Below, piece by piece: positions 8,551 to 17,765 of a stretch of DNA of 63,950 bases; positions within the stretch are counted from its first letter, which is position 1; each line of letters opens with the position of its first letter. Origin of the DNA: a bacterium (GTDB taxonomy: Bacteria; Patescibacteriota; Gracilibacteria; Peribacterales; Peribacteraceae); the NCBI GenBank assembly GCA_027592135.1, contig JAQCIJ010000002.1:1-63950 (forward strand), read 5' to 3'. The notes under the pieces were generated by a model. It was not told where the DNA came from. It was given only the letters and a program-made list of their open reading frames with translations, and did not search any database. A program made the translations under genes and the position numbers.

Positions 8551-9378
8551 AACTGCTATCGGAGCTTTAATCCCCGGGTGCGGATCGTAATTCACGACCT
8601 CGATATCATCAAACCTAAATGCAAACAGATCGGTGATATCAGGATTTAACTTGAGAGTAGGCAATGCTTTTGGTTCACGATCGAGTTGTGTCAACGCTTG
8701 CTGCATGTGGTTACTGTACAAATGTAAGTCGCCAAATGTATGGACAAAGTCTCCAACTTCTAAGCCACACACCTGTGCCATCATATGCGTAAGCAATGCA
8801 TACGATGCGATGTTAAACGGCACTCCTAAGAAGATGTCTGCAGATCGCTGATACAGTTGGCAGCTTAATTTTCCATCCAAAACATAGAACTGAAACAAGC
8901 AGTGGCATGGCGGTAGAGCCATCTTTCCAGCTGCGGCATTCGCATTAGGGCTCATGGAAATATCAGGTAATACGGATGGGTTCCATGCAGAAACAATAAG
9001 TCTGCGAGAAGTAGGATTGCGTTTGATCTCATCGATGACCCAACTCATCTGATCTACTCCAGAAAAATCTCTCCACTGCTTTCCGTATACAGGACCAAGG
9101 TCTCCTTCCTCCGTTGCCCATTCATCCCAAATCTTTACGCCGTTGTCTTGTAAATACTTGATGTTCGTATCCCCTTTAAGAAACCATAGTAGCTCATGCA
9201 CAATAGACCGCATATGCACCTTCTTCGTTGTAAGCAGCGGGAACCCTTCGGCAAGATTAAACCGCATCTGTGCACCAAAAATACTGACAGTACCCGTACC
9301 TGTACGGTCATCTTTAGAAGACCCGCTGTCCATAACGGACTTGAGGAGCTTTAGGTACTGAAAATCTGCTATGTTCAT
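8548..9378 (-). CDS. thyA: Thymidylate synthase (ThyA type)
   Basis: [23 protein letters not shown], and DLHLYSNH. Confidence 0.92.
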   Translation of the reverse strand: MNIADFQYLKLLKSVMDSGSSKDDRTGTGTVSIFGAQMRFNLAEGFPLLTTKKVHMRSIVHELLWFLKGDTNIKYLQDNGVKIWDEWATEEGDLGPVYGKQWRDFSGVDQMSWVIDEIKRNPTSRRLIVSAWNPSVLPDISMSPNANAAAGKMALPPCHCLFQFYVLDGKLSCQLYQRSADIFLGVPFNIASYALLTHMMAQVCGLEVGDFVHTFGDLHLYSNHMQQALTQLDREPKALPTLKLNPDITDLFAFRFDDIEVVNYDPHPGIKAPIAV

Positions 9379-9390
9379 AGGATAGCTATC

Positions 9391-9421
9391 CTACAAGCTA
9401 CAAGCTACAAGCTACAAGCTA
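9391..9421. repeat. (CTACAAG)x4 heptamer array
   Basis: Four perfect copies lie between the thyA start and the ccdA stop. The unit and orientation are the same as at 8519-8550. Confidence 0.9.
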
Positions 9422-10270
9422 ATTACCTATCTCTTCTCCAAACAACTTCTCTTCAAGCTCTAGGCCAATGTTTCCAAACGATGTACTCGAAACAAGATAT
9501 GTCTCTATTGCACGGAGCCAGTGATAGTTCAGCGCAAGCGCTGTAACAATTAATATACCTCCAGAGATCTGCTTAATACGACCTGAGTACCTAGAGAGCG
9601 CACGAGAAGAATGGGCAGCAGCTTGTCCTCCATATCCGATAAGAAGCAGCGGAACGGACGTACCAAGGCCATACGTCGCAAGCAATGCTGCAGCCTCTAA
9701 GCCCGGCTGCTCCTGTACAAGCGTAAGAGCAAACCCAAGTGCAGGGCCTGCGCACGGCACCCAGACCAGTCCCATGGTAAGTCCAATGAGGAATGCAGTA
9801 ATGGGATTGTCTTGTCCTAGCTCGCCTCTCGCCTTTTGCTGAACATCGGTTCCAAACTGCTGAATACGCGTTGCAATCCATCCACCAACTTCCATAAGAG
9901 TAGCTCCTATAGTTTGTGCGATAGTCATCACAATCCATCCATATTCTAAGTAGAAAAATCCACCAAGAACAGCACCTGTTAGCTGCAATGTTTTATTATG
10001 TGTGAGGAACCCAAATCCAAAGAGCAGCAAAACATAGTACGTAGAAATACGAATATAATCTGCTAGTTCTACAAACTGATTTAAGACAAGTGTAAGTAAA
10101 AACGTAAATCCGACAAAACTCACCAGCATTCCTGCAATGGTAAAAAGCGGCCTCAGTTTGCTTTTTCCTGCAATGCTTACACCAAGAACAATAGGAACGA
10201 GAGGAAGGATGCACGGTAGTAAAATCGTGAGCATCCCCGCTGCAAACATGGTGATATAAAGACTATTCAT
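9419..10270 (-). CDS. ccdA: Cytochrome c biogenesis / thiol-disulfide electron transporter, CcdA (DsbD-core) family
   Basis: Polytopic membrane protein with LLPCILPLVPIVLG and a second motif VWVPCAGPALG. Confidence 0.7.
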   Translation of the reverse strand: MNSLYITMFAAGMLTILLPCILPLVPIVLGVSIAGKSKLRPLFTIAGMLVSFVGFTFLLTLVLNQFVELADYIRISTYYVLLLFGFGFLTHNKTLQLTGAVLGGFFYLEYGWIVMTIAQTIGATLMEVGGWIATRIQQFGTDVQQKARGELGQDNPITAFLIGLTMGLVWVPCAGPALGFALTLVQEQPGLEAAALLATYGLGTSVPLLLIGYGGQAAAHSSRALSRYSGRIKQISGGILIVTALALNYHWLRAIETYLVSSTSFGNIGLELEEKLFGEEIGN

Positions 10271-10288
10271 ACGTACAGAGTGTCAACT

Positions 10289-11107
10289 CTAACCCAAAAG
10301 GTCACGAAGTGCGTCGGAAGAAGGAAAACGGACTCTCTCAATTTCATTCCCGTTTCCGTCAATGAGTATGAATGTATCTTGACCGGTAATACCGAACTGA
10401 GATTTTAAGTCAGTTGCTGTATCGTAATCAATCTTATACACAGATCGAGGATAATCTGCAGATCCATAGAAATCGTTTAGGCGACTGTCATTTTCTTTGC
10501 ACTTAGGACACCACGTCGCATGAAAAAAGAGGACAGACTCTTTTCCGTTTCCAATAACACTAGGTGTGAACGCTGTATACGAACCAACAGATGCTACCTC
10601 TGCACCCTCTGCCATTTCTTCGGACTCTTCGGACTCTTCGGACTCTTCATTCATAGCCTGCACATCATCTATATTCATATACAACAATCGCTTTAATACA
10701 GAAAGAGACGGTGCGACCTCTTTCTTAATCACCTCTCCGGCTCCATCAACCAGAACAAACGTGTCTTGCATTGTGATGCCATATTTCTTTTTGAGTGCAT
10801 CTTCTGTGTCGTAATCTGCACGGTATGTTTTTACAGGAAACTCTGCAGAGCCGTACCACTCGCTAAGGTTCTTATCCTTGGATTGGCAAGCAGGACACCA
10901 AGAAGCATAAAAGAAGATGACAGATTTTTCTCCGTTTCCAACAGCACTGCTTTTAAATGGCAAGTAATCACCAACAAAAGAAGTAACAACTGCTTGTTCT
11001 ATATTTTTTACTTGTGGCTTTACAGCCTCTGTATCTTTAGTAGTTTTCTGATTACATGCGGTAAGTGTTACTGCGAGAACTGCTACAGCGAAGATGGATT
11101 TGCTCAT
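10289..11107 (-). CDS. Lipoprotein with two tandem thioredoxin-fold domains (TlpA/ResA-like)
   Basis: Start chosen at MSKSIFAVAVLAVTLTACN (lipobox). It has two paralogous halves with WCPACQ and WCPKCK, separated by an EESEESEESEE linker. Confidence 0.75.
   Translation of the reverse strand: MSKSIFAVAVLAVTLTACNQKTTKDTEAVKPQVKNIEQAVVTSFVGDYLPFKSSAVGNGEKSVIFFYASWCPACQSKDKNLSEWYGSAEFPVKTYRADYDTEDALKKKYGITMQDTFVLVDGAGEVIKKEVAPSLSVLKRLLYMNIDDVQAMNEESEESEESEEMAEGAEVASVGSYTAFTPSVIGNGKESVLFFHATWCPKCKENDSRLNDFYGSADYPRSVYKIDYDTATDLKSQFGITGQDTFILIDGNGNEIERVRFPSSDALRDLLG
10618..10648. repeat. (CTTCGGACT)x3.4 nonamer array, coding
   Basis: Encodes the EESEESEES linker between the two thioredoxin domains. 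Confidence 0.9.
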
Positions 11108-11168
11108 AAGATATTGGGAATAATGTAACTGCATTCTATGGAGATATTCGATCAACACAAGTGTTCTT

Positions 11169-11846
11169 TTACTTCGAATGTTTTTTCCCTTTCCATAGGT
11201 CTAATTTGCCTTGTGTTTGCGAAGAAGGGCAACTCTCCTGAAAGGGGCAATTTGGACAATCTCGGCTAAAAGCACTGCATACTGCCCTCCCATGAGCAAC
11301 CAACAAATGTGAGAGCTTTGGCCAATCATGCTTTGGGGTTTGTTCCATCATTTCTAGTTCGATCTTCGACTGATTCACAGAGCTCACAAGGCCTAAGCGA
11401 TTCAGCAATCGAATATTATGCGTATCAATCGGAATACCTTCTATAACACCGAATGCAGTATGTAAAACAACTGCGGCAGTTTTACGACCAACGCCTCTAA
11501 GGGTAAGCATCTGTTTCATTGTTTTTGGCACTTCCCCATTAAAGTCTCTAATGATTGTTTGGCAGGTCTCCCGAATAGCACGTGCCTTAATACGAAACGA
11601 TCCACATGAATGAATATCACCTTCTAACTCTTCCTGTGACACATCCAAAAAGTCTTGAGGACTTGTATATTTTTTATAGAGCGTCTTTCCTACTTGGTTT
11701 ACCCGCTTGTCCGTGCACTGTGCAGCAAGCATTGTAGAAATCAAAAGTTCTAACGGTGTATTCCAGTCCAGTGTGCACTCCGCTTCGGGGTATAATCTTT
11801 TAAGCTCCCGAACAACTATTACCGGAGTGAGTATTTTCTTAGACAT
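11169..11846 (-). CDS. nth: Endonuclease III
   Basis: HhH-GPD region LTLRGVGRKTAAVVL, and a C-terminal 4-Cys cluster CSAFSRDCPNCPFQESC. Confidence 0.88.
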   Translation of the reverse strand: MSKKILTPVIVVRELKRLYPEAECTLDWNTPLELLISTMLAAQCTDKRVNQVGKTLYKKYTSPQDFLDVSQEELEGDIHSCGSFRIKARAIRETCQTIIRDFNGEVPKTMKQMLTLRGVGRKTAAVVLHTAFGVIEGIPIDTHNIRLLNRLGLVSSVNQSKIELEMMEQTPKHDWPKLSHLLVAHGRAVCSAFSRDCPNCPFQESCPSSQTQGKLDLWKGKKHSK

Positions 11847-11952
11847 ATACAGAGATTAAACCACCAAACGCGCAAAGCATCCAATCATTCCATGCCCAAC
11901 GTCAATGAAAGTCACTAGCATCCTTATCACAATACGATATAGTCAATTCCCC

Positions 11953-12534
11953 ATGTCGCAACTTCCCTCGTTCACCGTTTTTGACACAGAGACTACAGGG
12001 CTCGACCCAAAAAGAGGCGATAAAATTATTGAAATTGCTGGAGTGCGAATAGAGGATGGAGTCATTCGTGAAGACTTGTCATTTACACAATTTGTTAATC
12101 CTGAACGCAGTATTCCTTGGGAAGCAAAGCGTGTAAATCATATTGAGGATAGTGATGTGGCAGGTGCTCCTACTATCGACCAAGTACTTCCAGAGTTCTT
12201 GGAATTTGCAAAAGGATCAATACTTATTGCTCACAACTGTGATTTTGACATGAACTTTCTACAGACCGAAAAAGAGCTCTGTTGGGGGTACATCGAAATG
12301 CCAGAGTGTCTCTGCACCATGAGATTAAGCAGGGCCTTGTACCCAAGTGAGTTCCGCCACAACTTAGATTCTCTTGCAGCAAGACTTGCTATCAAAATGC
12401 CTGTAGGTCGCCACCGAGCGATGCCAGATGTCCTCATGACTGCTCAAGCACTACTTGTAATGCTAAAAAACGGTGATATTTCTACAATGGATCACCTCCG
12501 CAAACTTGCTGGAAAAAAGAGTCTCGTGGCCTAA
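11953..12534 (+). CDS. DnaQ/epsilon-family 3'-5' exonuclease
   Basis: FTVFDTETTGLDP (ExoI), IAHNCDFDMNFL (ExoII), and HRAMPDVLMTAQ (ExoIII). Start chosen at the MSQLPS methionine. Confidence 0.8.
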   Translation: MSQLPSFTVFDTETTGLDPKRGDKIIEIAGVRIEDGVIREDLSFTQFVNPERSIPWEAKRVNHIEDSDVAGAPTIDQVLPEFLEFAKGSILIAHNCDFDMNFLQTEKELCWGYIEMPECLCTMRLSRALYPSEFRHNLDSLAARLAIKMPVGRHRAMPDVLMTAQALLVMLKNGDISTMDHLRKLAGKKSLVA

Positions 12535-12566
12535 AAAAAATTGAAAATAAATGCTAAAGTAGTGTT

Positions 12567-13007
12567 ATGACAGTTTTACCAATAATAAAAGGCAAGGATG
12601 AAGATATTCTTCGAGCTAAAGCTGCGAAAGTTCCCCAGGTGACAAAGGAGATAAAGAAGTTCATTAAAGATATGCACGAAACTGTAGAAAAAGCAGAAGG
12701 CCTTGGGCTTGCCGCTCCACAAATTGGACAGTCTCTTCGGCTCTGTCTTGCTAATTTCAATGGAAAAATGACCCCTTTGGTTAATCCAGAGGTCATATGG
12801 AGCAGCGAGGAGACAAGTACAATGGAGGAGGGTTGCCTGAGCCTTCCAAAGATCAACGTGGATGTAACGCGACCTGTTGAAATCATGGTTCGATACGAAG
12901 ATATCGATGGTAAAGAACAAGAGCGCCAACTCCATGATTTGGATGCTCGAGTAGTTCAGCATGAAATTGACCACCTTAATGGAATTTTAATTATAGACTA
13001 TAAGTAA
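12567..13007 (+). CDS. def: Peptide deformylase
   Basis: GLAAPQIG, EGCLSLP, and QHEIDHLNG. Confidence 0.9.
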   Translation: MTVLPIIKGKDEDILRAKAAKVPQVTKEIKKFIKDMHETVEKAEGLGLAAPQIGQSLRLCLANFNGKMTPLVNPEVIWSSEETSTMEEGCLSLPKINVDVTRPVEIMVRYEDIDGKEQERQLHDLDARVVQHEIDHLNGILIIDYK

Positions 13008-14446
13008 TGCCAGACTTAGAAGTCATCATCGGCCTAGAAGTTCACGCTCAAATGAGCACCAAGACCAAGATGTTCTGTGGGTGTGATAACGATGCATTTG
13101 GAAAAGCACCAAACACAACGGTATGTCCTATTTGTATGGGGCACCCAGGAACACTGCCAGCAGTGAATGCTACTGCTATAGAAAAGGCTATCAAAGCTTC
13201 TCTTGCTATTAATTGTTCGATAAACCTTAGCAACCACTTCGACAGAAAGCACTACTTTTACCCAGACCTGCCGATGGGATTTCAGATCTCTCAATACGAC
13301 TTCCCTCTCTCGAGCAACGGATCTGTAACGTATGATATCTTTGATGCATCTGGAAACATTGAAGAAAGTAAGGTATGTGGTATCACCAGACTCCATATGG
13401 AAAACGATGCAGGAAAGCTAACCCACAAAGGAAGTACTACACTATGCGACTACAACCGTGCAGGAACCCCACTGATGGAAATTGTAACCGAACCAGACCT
13501 GCGCAGTGCAGACGAAGCTGTAGCCTTCGCACAAGAGCTGCGGAGAATTCTGATTGCGGTCCAAGCATCTGAAGCGGACATGTTTAAAGGAATGATGCGC
13601 TTTGATGCATCTATTTCTTTGCGTGAAAAAGGGACAGAAAAATTAAACCCACGGAGTGAGATTAAAAACCTCAACTCCTTTAAGTCTCTCGAACGAGCAC
13701 TGCAGTACGAAGAGAAACGATTACGGAAACATTGGGATGAAGATGGCGGCCCTCTCAAGGGTGATATCACTGTAGGTTGGCTAGATGATGATGGTAGAAC
13801 CAAGATGCTCCGTGATAAAGAAACTGCCGATGACTATCGCTACTTCCCAGAACCAGATATTCCACCACTCGAGTTTGAGAAATCATATATCGAAGAATTG
13901 CGGGCAGGAATGCCCACGCTGCCTCGGGAATTAAAGGAGAAATACATTAATCTAGGGCTTGATGAAAAACAGGCTCTACAACTTATCGATCAATCAACAC
14001 TGCAAATAATGTTCGAAGCTATCCGTGCAAAGACCGATGCAAAACGCGCATCCAGCATGGTGCTTACACAGCTTCTTGGATTCCTCAATGCAGCAGAAAA
14101 AGAGGTAGCGGAGGGACCAGATGCAGATGCAATGCTTGAACTCGTCGATAAGATTGATGATGGAACCATTTCAAGTAATGCAGGAAAAGATGTACTACAG
14201 AAGATGGTAGAGACTGGAAAAAACGCTTCTACAATTATCAAAGAAGAGGGAATGCAGCAAATCTCTGATGACTCAGCTATAGAAAGCATGGTCGATGCTG
14301 CAATCGCAGCAAACCCTAAAGCAGTAGAAGACTATAAAGGTGGTAATGAAAAGGCTCTCGCTGCCATCGTTGGCTTCGTGATGAGAGAATCCAAAGGACA
14401 AGCAGATCCTGTTGTTGTAAACAAAATTCTACGATCAAAAATATAA
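13007..14446 (+). CDS. gatB: Asp/Glu-tRNA amidotransferase subunit B
   Basis: IGLEVHAQM, KMFCGC, CPICMGHPGTLP, and a C-terminal GatB/YqeY-like region. Confidence 0.9.
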   Translation: MPDLEVIIGLEVHAQMSTKTKMFCGCDNDAFGKAPNTTVCPICMGHPGTLPAVNATAIEKAIKASLAINCSINLSNHFDRKHYFYPDLPMGFQISQYDFPLSSNGSVTYDIFDASGNIEESKVCGITRLHMENDAGKLTHKGSTTLCDYNRAGTPLMEIVTEPDLRSADEAVAFAQELRRILIAVQASEADMFKGMMRFDASISLREKGTEKLNPRSEIKNLNSFKSLERALQYEEKRLRKHWDEDGGPLKGDITVGWLDDDGRTKMLRDKETADDYRYFPEPDIPPLEFEKSYIEELRAGMPTLPRELKEKYINLGLDEKQALQLIDQSTLQIMFEAIRAKTDAKRASSMVLTQLLGFLNAAEKEVAEGPDADAMLELVDKIDDGTISSNAGKDVLQKMVETGKNASTIIKEEGMQQISDDSAIESMVDAAIAANPKAVEDYKGGNEKALAAIVGFVMRESKGQADPVVVNKILRSKI

Positions 14447-14462
14447 TAATAGTCAGAATATA

Positions 14463-14516
14463 GAAATGCTGAAATCCTGAAATATTGAAAAGTGTTTTGC
14501 TTCAACATTTCAACAT
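14463..14516. repeat. Octamer arrays (GAAATNNT x4, then TTCAACAT x2)
   Basis: Reads gaaatgct gaaatcct gaaatatt gaaaagtg ... ttcaacat ttcaacat. It lies in the convergent gatB/efp spacer. Confidence 0.8.
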
Positions 14517-14520
14517 TAGA

Positions 14521-15081
14521 TTAGTCCACCCTACTCATATACTCCCCACTCTCAGTATTCACTTTAAGTATATCTCCTTCGTTAATAAAGAGAGGAACGT
14601 TTACGGTAATACCAGACTCGAGCGTTGCAGGCTTTGTACCCCCTGTTGCCGTATCTCCTTTTACACCAGGAACTGTATCGACAACTTTTACATCAATAGT
14701 TGGTGGAAGCTTGATACCAATAGGCAGGTCTTCGAACATCATTGCATCAAGCTCCTGTCCTTCTGAAAGAAACTTTGCAGCCTCGCCAATCATATCTTCT
14801 GTAAGTTCAAATTGATCATAGGAACTTAAATCCATGAACGTAAAGCTAGTTCCGTCTCCATACAAGTACTGCACTTTTTTATAGCCAACATCTGCAGGTG
14901 GTAGTCTCTCGCTTCCTTGGAACGTCTTCTGGATAACAGAACCTGTTTTAAGATTCTTCATCTTTGTCGCCATGACACCACCCTGACGAGCAGCCTTCGA
15001 AAACTGATTCCATGTTATAAGAAACGGATCACCTTCAAACACGATAGCGCGGCCTTTTTTGAGTTCAGCAATAGAGTACAT
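14521..15081 (-). CDS. efp: Elongation factor P
   Basis: 186 aa. It has the EF-P architecture, with the KAARQGG loop region and a C-terminal OB domain. Confidence 0.88.
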   Translation of the reverse strand: MYSIAELKKGRAIVFEGDPFLITWNQFSKAARQGGVMATKMKNLKTGSVIQKTFQGSERLPPADVGYKKVQYLYGDGTSFTFMDLSSYDQFELTEDMIGEAAKFLSEGQELDAMMFEDLPIGIKLPPTIDVKVVDTVPGVKGDTATGGTKPATLESGITVNVPLFINEGDILKVNTESGEYMSRVD

Positions 15082-15086
15082 ATTAC

Positions 15087-15114
15087 CAGTTAACAGTTAA
15101 CTGTTAACTGTTTC
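15087..15114. repeat. (CAGTTAA)-type heptamer array, about 4 copies, partly palindromic
   Basis: Reads cagttaa cagttaa ctgttaa ctgtttc, directly upstream of the efp start. Confidence 0.85.
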
Positions 15115-15129
15115 AAGCCATTTCACTAA

Positions 15130-17052
15130 TTAAATCACCTCACCCGCTACATTTTCCCATCGCAGCTTTACAATCTCCTTGTACACCCTCTGTGGAAAGC
15201 TTTCTGGTCCATCAGGTAGTGTAAAAGCGAGCCTGCGTAGGATACGCCCTTGGTCTGGATGACCATTAAGCGCCTTGATTTCGGCTATAAACTGATTGAT
15301 ACGAGACTGGGTCATATCGTAGATAAAGATCTTTTCCTTGATCGTCATCACTATGTGCATCACTGCTTCTTCGGACAGTGATACATCAGTAGTATCTCTC
15401 GGTGCAGGAAGATACATCGCTATATCATCCAAGAGTTCTGGATCTACTTGGGCACCACGATTACTTGCAATATGAAGAGAGGAAGCAAGGAATGTTAAAA
15501 GCATCTTTGCCTCTTTATAGATTGCAGGATCCAAAGCCAGTTCCTCATTTTCGAGAGTGAACAAGTATGGGTGAAGATCAGACCACACAGACTGTACCAA
15601 ATCTATACGTCCTTCATCAGCAGAGCGCATCATTACCGCAAGGCCATCAATCAGCAGTGTCCCTTGTGCATCCTCTTGGCTTGCTACTCCATCAGAAAGC
15701 TCTGCACTGGTTTCCAATACCATCTTTTTAATAGCATACGATTCATCACCTGGAAGTGCTGCAGCCATTTTCGCTGTACTCCCTGCAATAGCACGCTGTA
15801 CGAGGAACTCAGCTAAGCTTCCATGATGCTCTCCGCCAGCAATAGCCTGTAGTGTGTCACGATATTCCTCAAGAACAACATCTGCCTTGTCTCCGTTGTA
15901 AATAAGTGCAGCAGCTTCGTTTAACCTCGTTTCTGCTCCTTGTAGCTGCTTACTTACACGTGTCTCTTGGTCAAAAGTAAACCAAACATCCACCAGCTCT
16001 GCAAAACGCTTTACACCGTAAAACCTCGAAGTTGGTAAGATTCCTGCCTGTGCAATACGACGCTCGTGCTGCATTTGTGCAATATCATGGCGATGCACAG
16101 CATCACGCATCAGATTTTGATCTGCCCATGAATATTGATACCACTTTGCAGGAACTTTCTTTACGAGTAATACATTGTCTTCGTAAAGCCTTGTGCGCTC
16201 ACCAGATGCAAGGAATACCTGCGTTCCATTTTTTTGCACTGTTGCCATACGGTCATACACTTCGACATCAACGTAGTCGTCCTCTGTAATAGAAACACTT
16301 CCTTCGTTTACCGTGATATGACCATGGCTAGTAGCCACAGTAATTCCACGTAACTGTGGTGGAACAAGACCTTGTACCCACATTTTTCCTGTATATAAAG
16401 TCAGTGTTGGGAATATTTCTGACGCAGGCTCTAGTCTGTCAGAAAGATCTTGTAGCTCTACTGTCGTCATACTGTCCAAACGAATAACACCATCATCATG
16501 AAATACGATACTGGCCTCTCCATCATGTGTGCGTAACTTCATACCAGGCTCCAATGCAATCTCGCGCTCTACTGTCTGCCACATTCCACCAATAGATACA
16601 AAAACTTCTCCACGCGTAGGAATAAGAAGTGCTTCTGTTTCCGCTACGGTAGGAGAGGCAATAATAAGCATAGGACTCATGCGAACAAGAAGTCCGAAAA
16701 GCGCGAATGCCGCTGTCCACTTTGCAGTCAAAGGCCAGTACGCAATGTGTTGCACAGGTTCAAGACTCGCAAGAACGCGTGCTTTGATCTGCTCTTTAAG
16801 TTCAGCAGATGGTTGGAATGCAATCTTAATACGTGTAAAGGTACTCGCTTGTGGTAATTCAATCTGTGAAGAAATACGATTCCAGACTGTTTTCTGCAAT
16901 GATTTCTTTGGAGAGCTCGCTACCTTAAGGTCTGCAAAAAGAGAGCTATCCGCTATAATACGCGACTGAATAGATCGCTGTATCCTATCTTTCATATCCG
17001 TACTAGGGCGAATATCTTTCTGAAGGCCTTTGAGGAACTGTTCTGGGGTCAT
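15130..17052 (-). CDS. Membrane protein, putative anti-sigma factor (FecR-like beta domains plus a long helical C-terminal domain)
   Basis: It has a single TM helix (WTAAFALFGLLVRMSPMLIIA), FecR-like segments (GEASIVFHDDGVIRLDSMTTVEL; GHITVNEGSVSI), and sits directly downstream of a sigma factor. Confidence 0.5.
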   Translation of the reverse strand: MTPEQFLKGLQKDIRPSTDMKDRIQRSIQSRIIADSSLFADLKVASSPKKSLQKTVWNRISSQIELPQASTFTRIKIAFQPSAELKEQIKARVLASLEPVQHIAYWPLTAKWTAAFALFGLLVRMSPMLIIASPTVAETEALLIPTRGEVFVSIGGMWQTVEREIALEPGMKLRTHDGEASIVFHDDGVIRLDSMTTVELQDLSDRLEPASEIFPTLTLYTGKMWVQGLVPPQLRGITVATSHGHITVNEGSVSITEDDYVDVEVYDRMATVQKNGTQVFLASGERTRLYEDNVLLVKKVPAKWYQYSWADQNLMRDAVHRHDIAQMQHERRIAQAGILPTSRFYGVKRFAELVDVWFTFDQETRVSKQLQGAETRLNEAAALIYNGDKADVVLEEYRDTLQAIAGGEHHGSLAEFLVQRAIAGSTAKMAAALPGDESYAIKKMVLETSAELSDGVASQEDAQGTLLIDGLAVMMRSADEGRIDLVQSVWSDLHPYLFTLENEELALDPAIYKEAKMLLTFLASSLHIASNRGAQVDPELLDDIAMYLPAPRDTTDVSLSEEAVMHIVMTIKEKIFIYDMTQSRINQFIAEIKALNGHPDQGRILRRLAFTLPDGPESFPQRVYKEIVKLRWENVAGEVI

Positions 17053-17091
17053 TCGTAAGTTATAACGGAAATAATTGGCTGATGTTACACA

Positions 17092-17682
17092 TCAAATAGC
17101 ATAAACAGCACGATATTCTTTAATATTTTCGGGTAAAAGAAGTTCAAGTTTCTTGAGAGCTCTATGCTTTAAAATACGCACAGAACCTTCTGTTATATGC
17201 AATACACGGGCAATTTCGCTATGTGGCAGGTCTGCCATATAGGAAAGCAACAATACTTCTCGATATCGAGAAGGCAAATGCTCCATAGAGGAATTGACCA
17301 TTTTAAGCATCTCATCTCGTCCTACCTTTGTATCGGCATTATTGAACAAGTCACTATCTACAAGCTCTTCTGGCATTTCTTCAAATCCTCGGTGCGTCCT
17401 GTAGGAATCAATCACCTTGTGTCGTGCAATACGGAACAACCATGCCGCAAATGGCACATTCTTGCGTTCTTTGTACGTATGAAGCTTTTCCCATACTTTT
17501 ACGAAGATATCTGCTACCAAATCCTCAGCGACTTCATTCGGTACACGAAAAGCGGTATAGCGATACACCTGCAAAAAATACATGTCGTAGATCTTGCCAA
17601 AAGACTCCGTACAGCCATCCTGAGCACGTCGCACGTACTCTGGTAGAAGTGTCTGCTGAATGTCTACTTTCGGCGTATCCAT
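17092..17682 (-). CDS. Sigma-70 family (ECF-type) RNA polymerase sigma factor
   Basis: Region 2 (YRYTAFRVPNEVAEDLVADIFVKVWEKL) and region 4 (LPSRYREVLLLSYMADLPHSEIARVLHITEGSVRILKHRALKKL). Start chosen at MDTPKV, which avoids overlapping guaA. Confidence 0.8.
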   Translation of the reverse strand: MDTPKVDIQQTLLPEYVRRAQDGCTESFGKIYDMYFLQVYRYTAFRVPNEVAEDLVADIFVKVWEKLHTYKERKNVPFAAWLFRIARHKVIDSYRTHRGFEEMPEELVDSDLFNNADTKVGRDEMLKMVNSSMEHLPSRYREVLLLSYMADLPHSEIARVLHITEGSVRILKHRALKKLELLLPENIKEYRAVYAI

Positions 17683-17765
17683 CAATGAGAAGAAGTGAAG
17701 CCCTATTCTAGCATAGAAACGTTGGAAACAAGCCCCTGTTACACACTTAATCTTGACACCCCATC

